DNA of 16,625 nt from a virus (Duplodnaviria > Heunggongvirae > Uroviricota > Caudoviricetes). The stretch lies in IMG/VR virus record IMGVR_UViG_2778261459_000008; one strand, given 5' to 3'. Every line of letters starts with the position of its first letter. The first letter of the stretch is position 1. This document shows positions 6,969-14,693 of the stretch, piece by piece. Both the position numbers and the translations under genes were made by a program. The notes under the pieces are model-generated. The model made no database searches. It saw only the letters and a program-made list of their open reading frames with translations, and had not been told where the DNA came from.

Positions 6969-8329
6969 CGGTACAACTGACAGCTGTAGAAACCGTTTCT
7001 GATGCCCTGTTCACCTGTTCGTATCTGTGGGCGCACGGCAAGCAATACAGTCGCAGCGATTTGGATAAAGCGCTCCACCAGCATAAGGACCCCACTACCC
7101 GTTACGGAAAGCTGGTGGCTCGCCTCAACCAGATAGCAGCAATGCCGTATGAGGAACTCTGTGATGCCGGATATCTCGATACGGACCGCAAACAAATGAT
7201 TACAGCGCGGCGTTCTGTGCTGGTGGAAGAGATAGGCGAAGGGGAAATGAATGCCATGCTGTCTGACGTGCAGCGCATTCACCGGGTCTTCCCTGATGCT
7301 GGTGCAAAGTTCAGGACAAAGCTGCCTCTCTCTCGCGGTTCTGAGGGCTTTGATATCCGTCAGGACTATGTCCTTAAACACTTTCTGCCAGCGCAATCAC
7401 TGTGCAGCATTTACGGTCCCAGCGGTTCGTATAAGAGTTTTCTCGCTGTATCGTGGGCCTGTCACATTGCTGCGGGTCTGCCATGGGCTGGGAAGAAGGT
7501 CACTTCCGGCGCGGTGCTGTATGTGGTTGGTGAGGGGGGCGTAGGCGTTCCCCGGCGTATAAAGGCTTGGGAGCAGGTGCACGGCATACAGGCGGACAAC
7601 CTCTGGCTGGTCAATCGTCCGGTGTTTCCTGTGCGCGAGTCAGAGGTAACGGAAGTGCTTCTGGCTGCCAGACAGATTGAAGCTGAATGTGGTGTGCCGG
7701 TTCGCATGGTGGTGATCGATACGCTGGCCCGTTGTTTTGGCGGTAACGACGAGAACGATGCTCGTGATATGGGGGCATTTATTGAAGGGTGTGACGTTAT
7801 CAAACAGAAAACGGGTGCAACGGTGCTGATAGTTCACCACTCCGGCAAAGATGAAGGGAAAGGCGCTCGCGGTTCCAGTGCTTTCCGCGCTGCGCTTGAT
7901 ACTGAATTTAACGTTAAGCGTGAAGGGGATGGAAAGGCGCTTATTCTGACCTGTACCAAGATGAAAGACGCGGAGGAGCCAGAGCGTAAAGCGTATGACC
8001 TGAGAACGGCAGAGCTTTACACCGATGAAGATGGTGAGCTTGTTTGCTCTCTGGTTGTGCACGATCAGCCGAGAGAGGCTAAAGAGGTTGAGCCTGAACT
8101 GGCCAATGTCTCCCGTCTTAGCGATAACCACCATGCATTATGGCAGGCAGTACGCAGCCGCACAGCTAAGGGGGAGCCATGCACTATCTCCGTCATTAAA
8201 GATGATCTGCGTGCAACACTGGGGACAGATAAAGTGAGAAAGTCATTCTCGCGCTGGCTGGACAAGCTGGAGAGTGAGCAAATTATTCGCATCGAGGGTG
8301 AGAACCTTTACCCGGTAACAGTCGAGTAA
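6965..8329 (+). CDS. replication initiator/helicase, RecA-like AAA_25 (RepA-like) ATPase with predicted C-terminal winged-helix DNA-binding domain
   Basis: Walker A (IYGPSGSYKSF), Walker B-like (VRMVVIDTLARCFGG), HHSGKD motif; C-terminal about 90 aa basic and helical; immediately followed by iterons. Confidence 0.8.
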   Translation: MTVQLTAVETVSDALFTCSYLWAHGKQYSRSDLDKALHQHKDPTTRYGKLVARLNQIAAMPYEELCDAGYLDTDRKQMITARRSVLVEEIGEGEMNAMLSDVQRIHRVFPDAGAKFRTKLPLSRGSEGFDIRQDYVLKHFLPAQSLCSIYGPSGSYKSFLAVSWACHIAAGLPWAGKKVTSGAVLYVVGEGGVGVPRRIKAWEQVHGIQADNLWLVNRPVFPVRESEVTEVLLAARQIEAECGVPVRMVVIDTLARCFGGNDENDARDMGAFIEGCDVIKQKTGATVLIVHHSGKDEGKGARGSSAFRAALDTEFNVKREGDGKALILTCTKMKDAEEPERKAYDLRTAELYTDEDGELVCSLVVHDQPREAKEVEPELANVSRLSDNHHALWQAVRSRTAKGEPCTISVIKDDLRATLGTDKVRKSFSRWLDKLESEQIIRIEGENLYPVTVE

Positions 8330-8330
8330 A

Positions 8331-8522
8331 TGCGGCGGTAAGTGCGGCATGTGCGGCATTTAGTATGTTTTATGACCAAATGCCGCACTTAGCCCCTGTA
8401 TACACGCGCTAAGTGCGGCATTTCACTGAAACCACCGTCATTACTGGTTTTGCATGATTTTTTGAGATAACTGGTGCGGCGCTAAGTGCGGCATTACTAA
8501 ACGCGGCACTAAATGCGGCAAG
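8331..8522. repeat. iteron array (replication origin): about 6-7 copies of TAAGTGCGGCATT-like repeats in both orientations plus an AT-rich stretch
   Basis: Copies read at about 8339-8349, 8351-8360, 8379-8393 (reverse), 8410-8424, 8484-8497 and 8510-8522, with degenerate TGCGGCGG at 8331 and CGCGGCAC at 8502; AT-rich 8440-8470. Confidence 0.75.
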
Positions 8523-8543
8523 TTAGACAAACAAGGAGAATTT

Positions 8544-8783
8544 ATGCCTATTACGATTCATGAAATAAAGGAACATTACGATTATTACGGGCTTCATGAT
8601 ATGGTCTCCATGTCAACGAAAGAATACCAACAGATTTTAGCTAATGGTGCTTTGTTCTGGATGGATCATCATGATTTTGTTCGCAGCACTCTTTCCGATG
8701 AAATCTTGGCAACAAACAAGGAGCAACTAGATGCAATAATTGAGCATCTACAACAATACAGAGACAGAATGCCTTCTGCCTAG
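8544..8783 (+). CDS. hypothetical small protein, 79 aa, AT-rich cargo
   Basis: ATG at 8544 with AAGGAG 5 nt upstream; product MPITIHEIKEHYDYYGLHDMVSMSTKEYQQILANGALFWMDHHDF...; followed by a hairpin at 8793-8813. Confidence 0.6.
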   Translation: MPITIHEIKEHYDYYGLHDMVSMSTKEYQQILANGALFWMDHHDFVRSTLSDEILATNKEQLDAIIEHLQQYRDRMPSA

Positions 8784-8792
8784 AAATTTGTT

Positions 8793-8813
8793 AGGGGCTG
8801 ATTCCAAGCCCCT
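8793..8813. terminator. hairpin between the convergent 79-aa and 414-aa genes (likely bidirectional terminator)
   Basis: AGGGGCT-gattcca-AGCCCCT: 7-bp stem, 7-nt loop; flanks only moderately T/A-rich. Confidence 0.45.
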
Positions 8814-8820
8814 GAATGTT

Positions 8821-10065
8821 TCAATAATTAAAGTGACTTTCAACTGAAAGTTGTTTGCAGCCCAATAATTTTAAAGCTTTTCGAATGTAATATAAAGCAG
8901 CGGTATTGTCGATAATGTAGCGGAAGGCTTCATTTTTATCTTGTTGTGCATCTCTTAAATTTCTTTCAAATTCTCTTTCATAATCTTCTGCGTAATATTG
9001 ATTGGATTGTCGGCCCATAATAATCAATGTGGTTAAATCTGCTAATTCTTCCTCTGAAAAGAGAGGTAGGTAAGTAGTGGTGATGCGCATTTTTAACCGT
9101 AGGTAGTCTAAAAAATCTTCTGCTCTGATATCGGATAAACTAATTCCTGAATCCTGTAGTGGGTCCAGAAATACGTTATTTTTTTTCATTACGTCTTTTA
9201 TATGTAGTGCGTACCAAGCTTTTTTAAAACGCAATAGTGTATTTTTCCCGCTATGTTTAAGTGGAAATTCAACGCCAATTAAAGATGATAGGTATCTATT
9301 TACAACAATTTTGTCGATTGCTTTTATAAGTTGTTTGTTGCTATTGAGATTAAATTTTTTCTTGATGAATTCCTTTTTTTTCACTGTAAGTGTAGTTACC
9401 CATTCATTTTTATTACCTAGAGCTTTTGAAAGCTTGATTAGATCACGGCGTGAAAATTTATCGGTATACGTACCTGTTTTATACTCATCTTTCAGATTTA
9501 GAGTGAGCTTAATTATTTCTCGCAAACCTTCCGTGAGCTTTTTGAAATAAACAACAAATCTTACAAGGTTAATGATCGGTGTTTTTTCCAAATGTGTCGC
9601 TCCGACATTGGACTCAGGGTATCTAAAAGTTTGTGCTGTGTCGTCTATAGCCACAAAGTCTAATATATAAGGCTCGATTTTTTTTGTAATGTGAAATAGT
9701 CGTATATCTGTCCTCTCAGCGACATCAATCGTGGCATCCCATAGTTTCTTGATGCTGTGGATTTTTGTCACATCAGGAACTGATATCGCCAATCCTCGGA
9801 GATCTGCCATGTCAATGAGGATAGTCTTTAGAGAAAGCTCAATTCCGTGCCTGGCAGAGTAGGCAATCGGATAAACAAGTAAATCAACTTCTCCTCTCTT
9901 GTTATTTTTGTATATATAGTCAGTAAGTATCTCTGGGGTTCTAAGGTAACCTTCAGCATAAGTTAATGAGTCAGGGAAACCATTCGTTCCGACGCAAGCA
10001 TTCAGCCAATCAAATCGACCATTGCCCAAACCAAAGGTGTTATTAAAGATTGTTTCTTTTTCCAT
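8821..10065 (-). CDS. hypothetical protein, 414 aa, AT-rich cargo gene on the opposite strand to the island backbone; candidate accessory/anti-phage function
   Basis: Uninterrupted minus-strand ORF with ATG at 10065 and AAGGA 8 nt upstream; markedly AT-rich versus flanking replication and capsid genes; no Walker, HNH, DPPY or other catalytic motif recognised. Confidence 0.7.
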   Translation of the reverse strand: MEKETIFNNTFGLGNGRFDWLNACVGTNGFPDSLTYAEGYLRTPEILTDYIYKNNKRGEVDLLVYPIAYSARHGIELSLKTILIDMADLRGLAISVPDVTKIHSIKKLWDATIDVAERTDIRLFHITKKIEPYILDFVAIDDTAQTFRYPESNVGATHLEKTPIINLVRFVVYFKKLTEGLREIIKLTLNLKDEYKTGTYTDKFSRRDLIKLSKALGNKNEWVTTLTVKKKEFIKKKFNLNSNKQLIKAIDKIVVNRYLSSLIGVEFPLKHSGKNTLLRFKKAWYALHIKDVMKKNNVFLDPLQDSGISLSDIRAEDFLDYLRLKMRITTTYLPLFSEEELADLTTLIIMGRQSNQYYAEDYEREFERNLRDAQQDKNEAFRYIIDNTAALYYIRKALKLLGCKQLSVESHFNY

Positions 10066-10312
10066 TAATCGATCCTTGCTTTGTAAATTATTTGTTCAAT
10101 GTCGTTCATTGCTGTTTGAATCAAAAAATACTCGTTTACATCAATAATTCAATATATATCTTAAAGAGTGGCACTCAGACGTGAGCCGCCACTGTTGCCG
10201 TCCGATCCCCTGCGCGATGCCGGGTTGATCTGCGAGATGCCGAGAGTGTCGGGCGGCGCTCCCTCCGTGTTGGTTTCACGTCCTGAATCTTAACCAATAC
10301 GAGAAAACCTTC

Positions 10313-11482
10313 ATGAAGAAATTAATCGAACTCCGCCAGCAAAAAACCGCCCTGAAAAACCAGATGCGATCCCTGCTGGAAAAAGCCGACAGTGAAAACC
10401 GCAGTCTGACCGATGACGAGGGCAAACAGTTTGATGAACTGCGTGCAAAAGCTGATTCCCTCGATACAGACATTTCCCGCCTCGAGTCTGTGGCTGATGA
10501 AGAACGCAGCAAGCCAGGAACGGGCATCCAGAAATTATCATCTGATGAATTGCGTAACTACATCGTAACCGGAGATGTGCGATCTCTGTCCACCAGCACT
10601 GACAGCGGCAGGGATGGCGGATATACCGTAATTCCTGAGCTTGATCGCGAAGTCATGCGCCAGCTACAGGATGACAGTGTTATGCGCGTGATCGCGACCG
10701 TGAAGACTGCAAAATCAAATGAGTTTCAGAAACTGGTTTCCACTGGCGGCGCAACTGTAGGACGAGGCACAGAAGGCAGCGCACGCAGTGAAACCAACAC
10801 CCCGAAAATTGAACGCGTAACCATCAAGCTGAATCCGATCTACGCCTACCCGAAAACCACGCAGGAAATCCTGGATTTTTCAGAGGTGGATATTCTGGGC
10901 TGGTTATCCTCCGAAATTGCCGACACGTTCGCCAGCACCGAAGAGGATGATTTTGTTAATGGCGACGGTAACGGCAAGCCGAAAGGCTTCATGGCTTACA
11001 CCCGTGCGGCGACCAGTGACAAAACCCGCGCTTTTGGCACCATTGAAAAAATGGTAGCGGCAAGTGGAACCGCCATTACAGCGGACGAACTGATCGACAT
11101 TCTCTACAAGCTGAAAGCGAAATACCGCAAAAATGCCGTCTGGGTGATGAACTCGGGCACGGCAGGGACACTACAGAAGCTGAAAAATGAGAACGGCGAT
11201 TATATCTGGCGCGACAGCCTTAAAGAAGGTGCGCCGGATATGTTGCTTGGTCGTCCTGTTTACTGCCTGGAGTCCATGCCGGACATCGGCGCAGGAAAAG
11301 CACCGCTAGCGGTTGGCGATTTCAGTCGTGGTTATTTCATCGTTGATCATGTAACAGGGATTCGCACCCGACCGGACAACATTACTGAACCCGGATTCTA
11401 CAAGGTCCACACGGATAAATATCTGGGCGGTGGTGTGGTGGATTCAAACGCCATCAAAATTCTGGAAATGAAAGCTGGCTAG
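10313..11482 (+). CDS. major capsid protein, HK97 fold, with N-terminal coiled-coil delta (scaffold) domain
   Basis: 389 aa; N-terminal about 70 aa is a charged coiled coil (LIELRQQKTALKNQMRSLLEKADSENRSLTDDEGKQFDELRAKADSLD); FVNGDGNGKPKGF motif typical of HK97-family capsids; strong terminator immediately downstream. Confidence 0.85.
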   Translation: MKKLIELRQQKTALKNQMRSLLEKADSENRSLTDDEGKQFDELRAKADSLDTDISRLESVADEERSKPGTGIQKLSSDELRNYIVTGDVRSLSTSTDSGRDGGYTVIPELDREVMRQLQDDSVMRVIATVKTAKSNEFQKLVSTGGATVGRGTEGSARSETNTPKIERVTIKLNPIYAYPKTTQEILDFSEVDILGWLSSEIADTFASTEEDDFVNGDGNGKPKGFMAYTRAATSDKTRAFGTIEKMVAASGTAITADELIDILYKLKAKYRKNAVWVMNSGTAGTLQKLKNENGDYIWRDSLKEGAPDMLLGRPVYCLESMPDIGAGKAPLAVGDFSRGYFIVDHVTGIRTRPDNITEPGFYKVHTDKYLGGGVVDSNAIKILEMKAG

Positions 11483-11494
11483 TCATGAGTAAGG

Positions 11495-11517
11495 AGGAGG
11501 CTGCGGCCTCCTTTTTC
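11495..11517 (+). terminator. rho-independent terminator directly after the capsid gene
   Basis: AGGAGGC-tgcg-GCCTCCT followed by TTTTT. Confidence 0.65.
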
Positions 11518-11536
11518 AGCTTTATGGAGTACACCG

Positions 11537-12097
11537 ATGAAAAACACCGATTTTGAAATCCGCACATCTGAACTGACCGCCAGCAATAAAAAGCTGGTGG
11601 GGTATGCCGTTCGCTGGAACAGCCTTTCAGAAATTATCTGGGACGAATTCCGCGAACAGTTCACGCCGGGGGCTTTTGCTGACTATCTGGCGGCGGGTAA
11701 TGATGTGCGCTGCCTGTATGAGCATGACTATACCCAACTGCTGGGGCGCACCAAATCCGGCACTCTGGTACTGACTGAGGATAACACCGGGTTACGTTTT
11801 GAGCTGACACCGCCGGATACCCAGCTTGGAAAAGATGTGCTTACGCTGGTGGAGCGTGGCGACATTACAGGAATGAGCTTTGGTTTTCGCGCATTATGCG
11901 AGGAGTGGAGTATCGCGCAAAAACCGTATCTGCGTACCGTAACCGCCGCTGAACTCCGTGAAATCACAATAACGTCGATGCCTGCTTATCCAGAATCTGG
12001 CGTGGAGATTGCCCGCCGTTCGTTGTTTGCACAGCACCCTGAATTACGTCCGACAGGAAATAATCGTCATCGTTGGTCTGAGTTGGCGGGGTTGTGA
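11537..12097 (+). CDS. prohead maturation protease (HK97 family, S78/U35-like)
   Basis: 186 aa; N-terminal ...KKLVGYAVRWNSLSEII...FTPGAF pattern typical of HK97 prohead proteases; GGAG 7 nt upstream of the ATG. Confidence 0.8.
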   Translation: MKNTDFEIRTSELTASNKKLVGYAVRWNSLSEIIWDEFREQFTPGAFADYLAAGNDVRCLYEHDYTQLLGRTKSGTLVLTEDNTGLRFELTPPDTQLGKDVLTLVERGDITGMSFGFRALCEEWSIAQKPYLRTVTAAELREITITSMPAYPESGVEIARRSLFAQHPELRPTGNNRHRWSELAGL

Positions 12098-12098
12098 T

Positions 12099-13313
12099 AT
12101 GTGGTGGCCTTTTAGTCGTAAAAAAAGCGAGCAGCGTAACCTGTCCATTGATGATTTTCTGGCGCTGTCCGGCGTACCGAATACCGGATCCGGAGAATAT
12201 GTTTCTGCCGGGACGGCTGAATCATTGCCTGCAGTGATGAACGCGGTTTCTGTCATCGCTGAGGCGGTGGCCACGATGCCGTGTTATCTGTATCTGGTAC
12301 GTAATGACAAGGGCAGGGAGGCGCGGGAATGGCTGGACAGTCACCCGGTAGATATTCTGCTGAATGAGCAGCCTAATTCGTGCCAGACACCTTACCAGTT
12401 TAAACGCACAATGATGCGTCACTGCCTGCTGAACGGTAACGCCTATGCGGTTATTGAGTGGGGGCGGGACGGGCAGCCCAAATCACTTCATCCTTATGCA
12501 CCGGGTTGTGTTGTACCGGAACGCACAGGCGCACACAAATACCGATATACCATCACCGAACCCTATACAGGAACGGTGCGCACGTATTTACAGGAAGAAG
12601 TTCTGCATCTCCGCTATGCCTCGGATGATGGCTTTCTGGGGCGCTCCCCCGTCACGATTTGCCGTGAGGCACTTGGGCTTGGCCTTGCTCAACAGCGCCA
12701 CGGAGCCAGCATTATGAAAGATGGCATGATGGCGGCAGGGATTATCACGTCAGGCGAATGGCTGGACGGCGTGAAAGGTAAACAGGCATTAGATGCTCTG
12801 GAACGCTACAAGGGGGCGAAAAATGCCGGAAAAACGCCAATCCTTGAAGGGGGCATGGATTACAAGCAACTGGGAATGAGTAACCAGGATGCGGAATGGC
12901 TGGCCTCCCGTCGCTTCTCCATTGAAGACATCGCCCGCATGTTCAACGTATCGCCTATTTTTCTGCAGGAATACAGCAACAGCACCTACAGCAATTTCAG
13001 CGAGGCAAGCCGCGCGTTTCTGACCATGACAATGCGCCCATGGCTGGCGAACTTCGAACAGCAAATCAAGGCCGCTTTGCTGGTGGCTTCTCCCGTACCT
13101 GGTACCCGTTATCTGGTTGAGTTTGATTCAGCCGATTTATTACGCGCCACACCCACCGAACGTTATGCCACGTATGAGAAAGGGATTAAGAACGGGATCA
13201 TGAATCCGAACGAAGCCCGTGAGCGTGAGGGTATGCCGCCGCGTGAAGGTGGTGACGAGTTCAGCCAGGCATGGAAGCAGACTGTGGAAATTAAAGGTGA
13301 AAAAGATGAGTGA
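12099..13313 (+). CDS. portal protein (HK97 family)
   Basis: 404 aa from the ATG at 12099 (2 nt after the protease stop); conserved portal block RRFSIEDIARMFNVSPIFL; the ORF track's upstream extension to 12009 overlaps the protease gene and is unlikely. Confidence 0.85.
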   Translation: MWWPFSRKKSEQRNLSIDDFLALSGVPNTGSGEYVSAGTAESLPAVMNAVSVIAEAVATMPCYLYLVRNDKGREAREWLDSHPVDILLNEQPNSCQTPYQFKRTMMRHCLLNGNAYAVIEWGRDGQPKSLHPYAPGCVVPERTGAHKYRYTITEPYTGTVRTYLQEEVLHLRYASDDGFLGRSPVTICREALGLGLAQQRHGASIMKDGMMAAGIITSGEWLDGVKGKQALDALERYKGAKNAGKTPILEGGMDYKQLGMSNQDAEWLASRRFSIEDIARMFNVSPIFLQEYSNSTYSNFSEASRAFLTMTMRPWLANFEQQIKAALLVASPVPGTRYLVEFDSADLLRATPTERYATYEKGIKNGIMNPNEAREREGMPPREGGDEFSQAWKQTVEIKGEKDE

Positions 13314-13608
13314 ATCCAGAATTACGCTTAATGAAGTAATGGCCCATCTTCGCCTTGATGATGATTTTTATGGTGAGGTTGAACTTCTGCAAATATATAC
13401 CGATGCGGCGCTGGAAGCCTGCCAGAAGCATATCGGGAAACGTTTTGAAGACGGCCTGGAATTTACCCCGGCAATACGTGTTGGTTGCCTGATGTACATC
13501 GCTTTTCTGTACGAGAACCGGGAAGCGGTTTCACCAGTTGAGCACTCGGAACTGCCTATGGCTATTTCTGCGCTCTGGTCGGTTTATCGTGATGTGGGGG
13601 TGTACTGA
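13306..13608 (+). CDS. head-tail connector / DNA-packaging protein (gp6-like)
   Basis: 100 aa from the ATG at 13306, overlapping the portal stop; N-terminal ITLNEVMAHLRLDDDFYGEVELLQIYTDAALEA pattern typical of gp6-like connectors. Confidence 0.7.
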   Translation: MSESRITLNEVMAHLRLDDDFYGEVELLQIYTDAALEACQKHIGKRFEDGLEFTPAIRVGCLMYIAFLYENREAVSPVEHSELPMAISALWSVYRDVGVY

Positions 13609-14048
13609 TGCCGTGGCAACCATTAAGGCGATGCACTGAGCCGGGCTGTAATAAGCGCGTGAAGTCCGGCAAGTGTGAAGAGCACAGGCGGGCTGCATGG
13701 CGTGCAGAGGATGCCAGACGGGGACACCGCCGCGCACGTGGGTATTCCCGACAGTGGGACAAATACCGCGCCCTGTACCTGAGCAAAAACCCGTTATGCG
13801 TGCGTTGTCTGGCTAAGGGTATTTATACACCAGCTCTTGTGGTGGATCACATCATTCCCATCAATGGCGGCGGTGATGTTCTCTTCTGGCCTGAGTGGAA
13901 TCACCAGGCATTGTGCCAGACGTGCCACAACCGTAAGACGACACGGGAAGATCCAGCCACGAAAGCAAACCGTAAAGCGGGCATGTATCGCGAGCAGGAA
14001 GAACGGGCGGCACACCGTAACGACTGGATGTATGGCGATGATGACTGA
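13608..14048 (+). CDS. HNH endonuclease (packaging-associated)
   Basis: 146 aa; CxxC ... DHIIP ... H ... CQTCHNRK zinc-finger HNH signature; start overlaps the connector stop (TGATG). Confidence 0.85.
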   Translation: MPWQPLRRCTEPGCNKRVKSGKCEEHRRAAWRAEDARRGHRRARGYSRQWDKYRALYLSKNPLCVRCLAKGIYTPALVVDHIIPINGGGDVLFWPEWNHQALCQTCHNRKTTREDPATKANRKAGMYREQEERAAHRNDWMYGDDD

Positions 14049-14217
14049 ACAGGAGCAAACCAGGCTGATACGTGGACTGATAAGGCAGCGTGACACATGG
14101 AAGACACAGGAGACAGAGCACAAAGCCAACAGGACAGGGCGCACAAAACGCACCACAGCGAAGCGATTAACCGACCGTGACCGCGAGGTCATGGAATGTT
14201 TTCGCAATCGCTGGTGA
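14041..14217 (+). CDS. possible small basic protein, 58 aa, overlapping the HNH stop; uncertain
   Basis: ATG at 14041 in an ATGA-type overlap with the HNH stop; product MTEQEQTRLIRGLIRQRDTWKTQETEHKANRTGRTKRTTAKRLTDRDREVMECFRNRW; no clear SD. Confidence 0.3.
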   Translation: MTEQEQTRLIRGLIRQRDTWKTQETEHKANRTGRTKRTTAKRLTDRDREVMECFRNRW

Positions 14218-14336
14218 GGCCGTCAGAGGGGGTGGGGGTGGTTTTCAGGACGAAACCGTCCCTGCCGGACACCGACCGCCCCCTCAAATTTTTGTGCACG
14301 GTAATTTTTTTGAAAATAATTGGGCGAAAAAAGAAC

Positions 14337-14693
14337 ATGGCAAGACCACCAAAAGCCCCCGCTTACCTGGATGAAATCGCGGTCAGGCAGTGGAAGGAAA
14401 AATCGCGCCAGCTTTCCGGGCGGGAAGACCTTACCCCCGCCGACTGGAGCAATCTGGAACTGTATTGTGTTAACTACTCCATATACCGCAAAGCCGTCGA
14501 AGACCTTGCGACGCGCGGGTTCAGCATTGTTAACAGTCAGGGCAGCGAGAGCAGAAACCCCGCACTGAGCGCAAAGGCTGACGCAGAAAGAATAATGATC
14601 AAAATGGCTTCTTTGCTGGGTTTTGACCCGGTAAGCCGTCGCAGAAATCCACCGGAAACAGAGGAAGAGGACGAACTTGACCGCCTGGCATGA
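14337..14693 (+). CDS. terminase small subunit (P27-family-like)
   Basis: 118 aa from the ATG at 14337 (MARPPKAPAYLDEIAVRQWKE...), an N-terminus typical of P27-type TerS; lies directly upstream of and overlaps TerL. Confidence 0.75.
   Translation: MARPPKAPAYLDEIAVRQWKEKSRQLSGREDLTPADWSNLELYCVNYSIYRKAVEDLATRGFSIVNSQGSESRNPALSAKADAERIMIKMASLLGFDPVSRRRNPPETEEEDELDRLA

Noticed and set aside
6701-7396. 231-aa minus-strand ORF, plus the other minus-strand ORFs at 7397-8292
   Set aside because: Antisense to the translationally coupled replication operon and helicase gene; no SD, low-complexity composition.
8331-8522. Possible CRISPR array suggested by the repeated TGCGGC-containing motif
   Set aside because: Repeats are short (about 13 bp), irregularly spaced and in both orientations, with no regular spacers; they sit directly after a Rep helicase gene, so they are iterons.
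10276-10541. Minus-strand ORFs of 83 and 76 aa overlapping the capsid gene start
   Set aside because: Antisense to the 5' end of the capsid gene and the GC-rich upstream region; Arg/Ser/Cys-rich and implausible.
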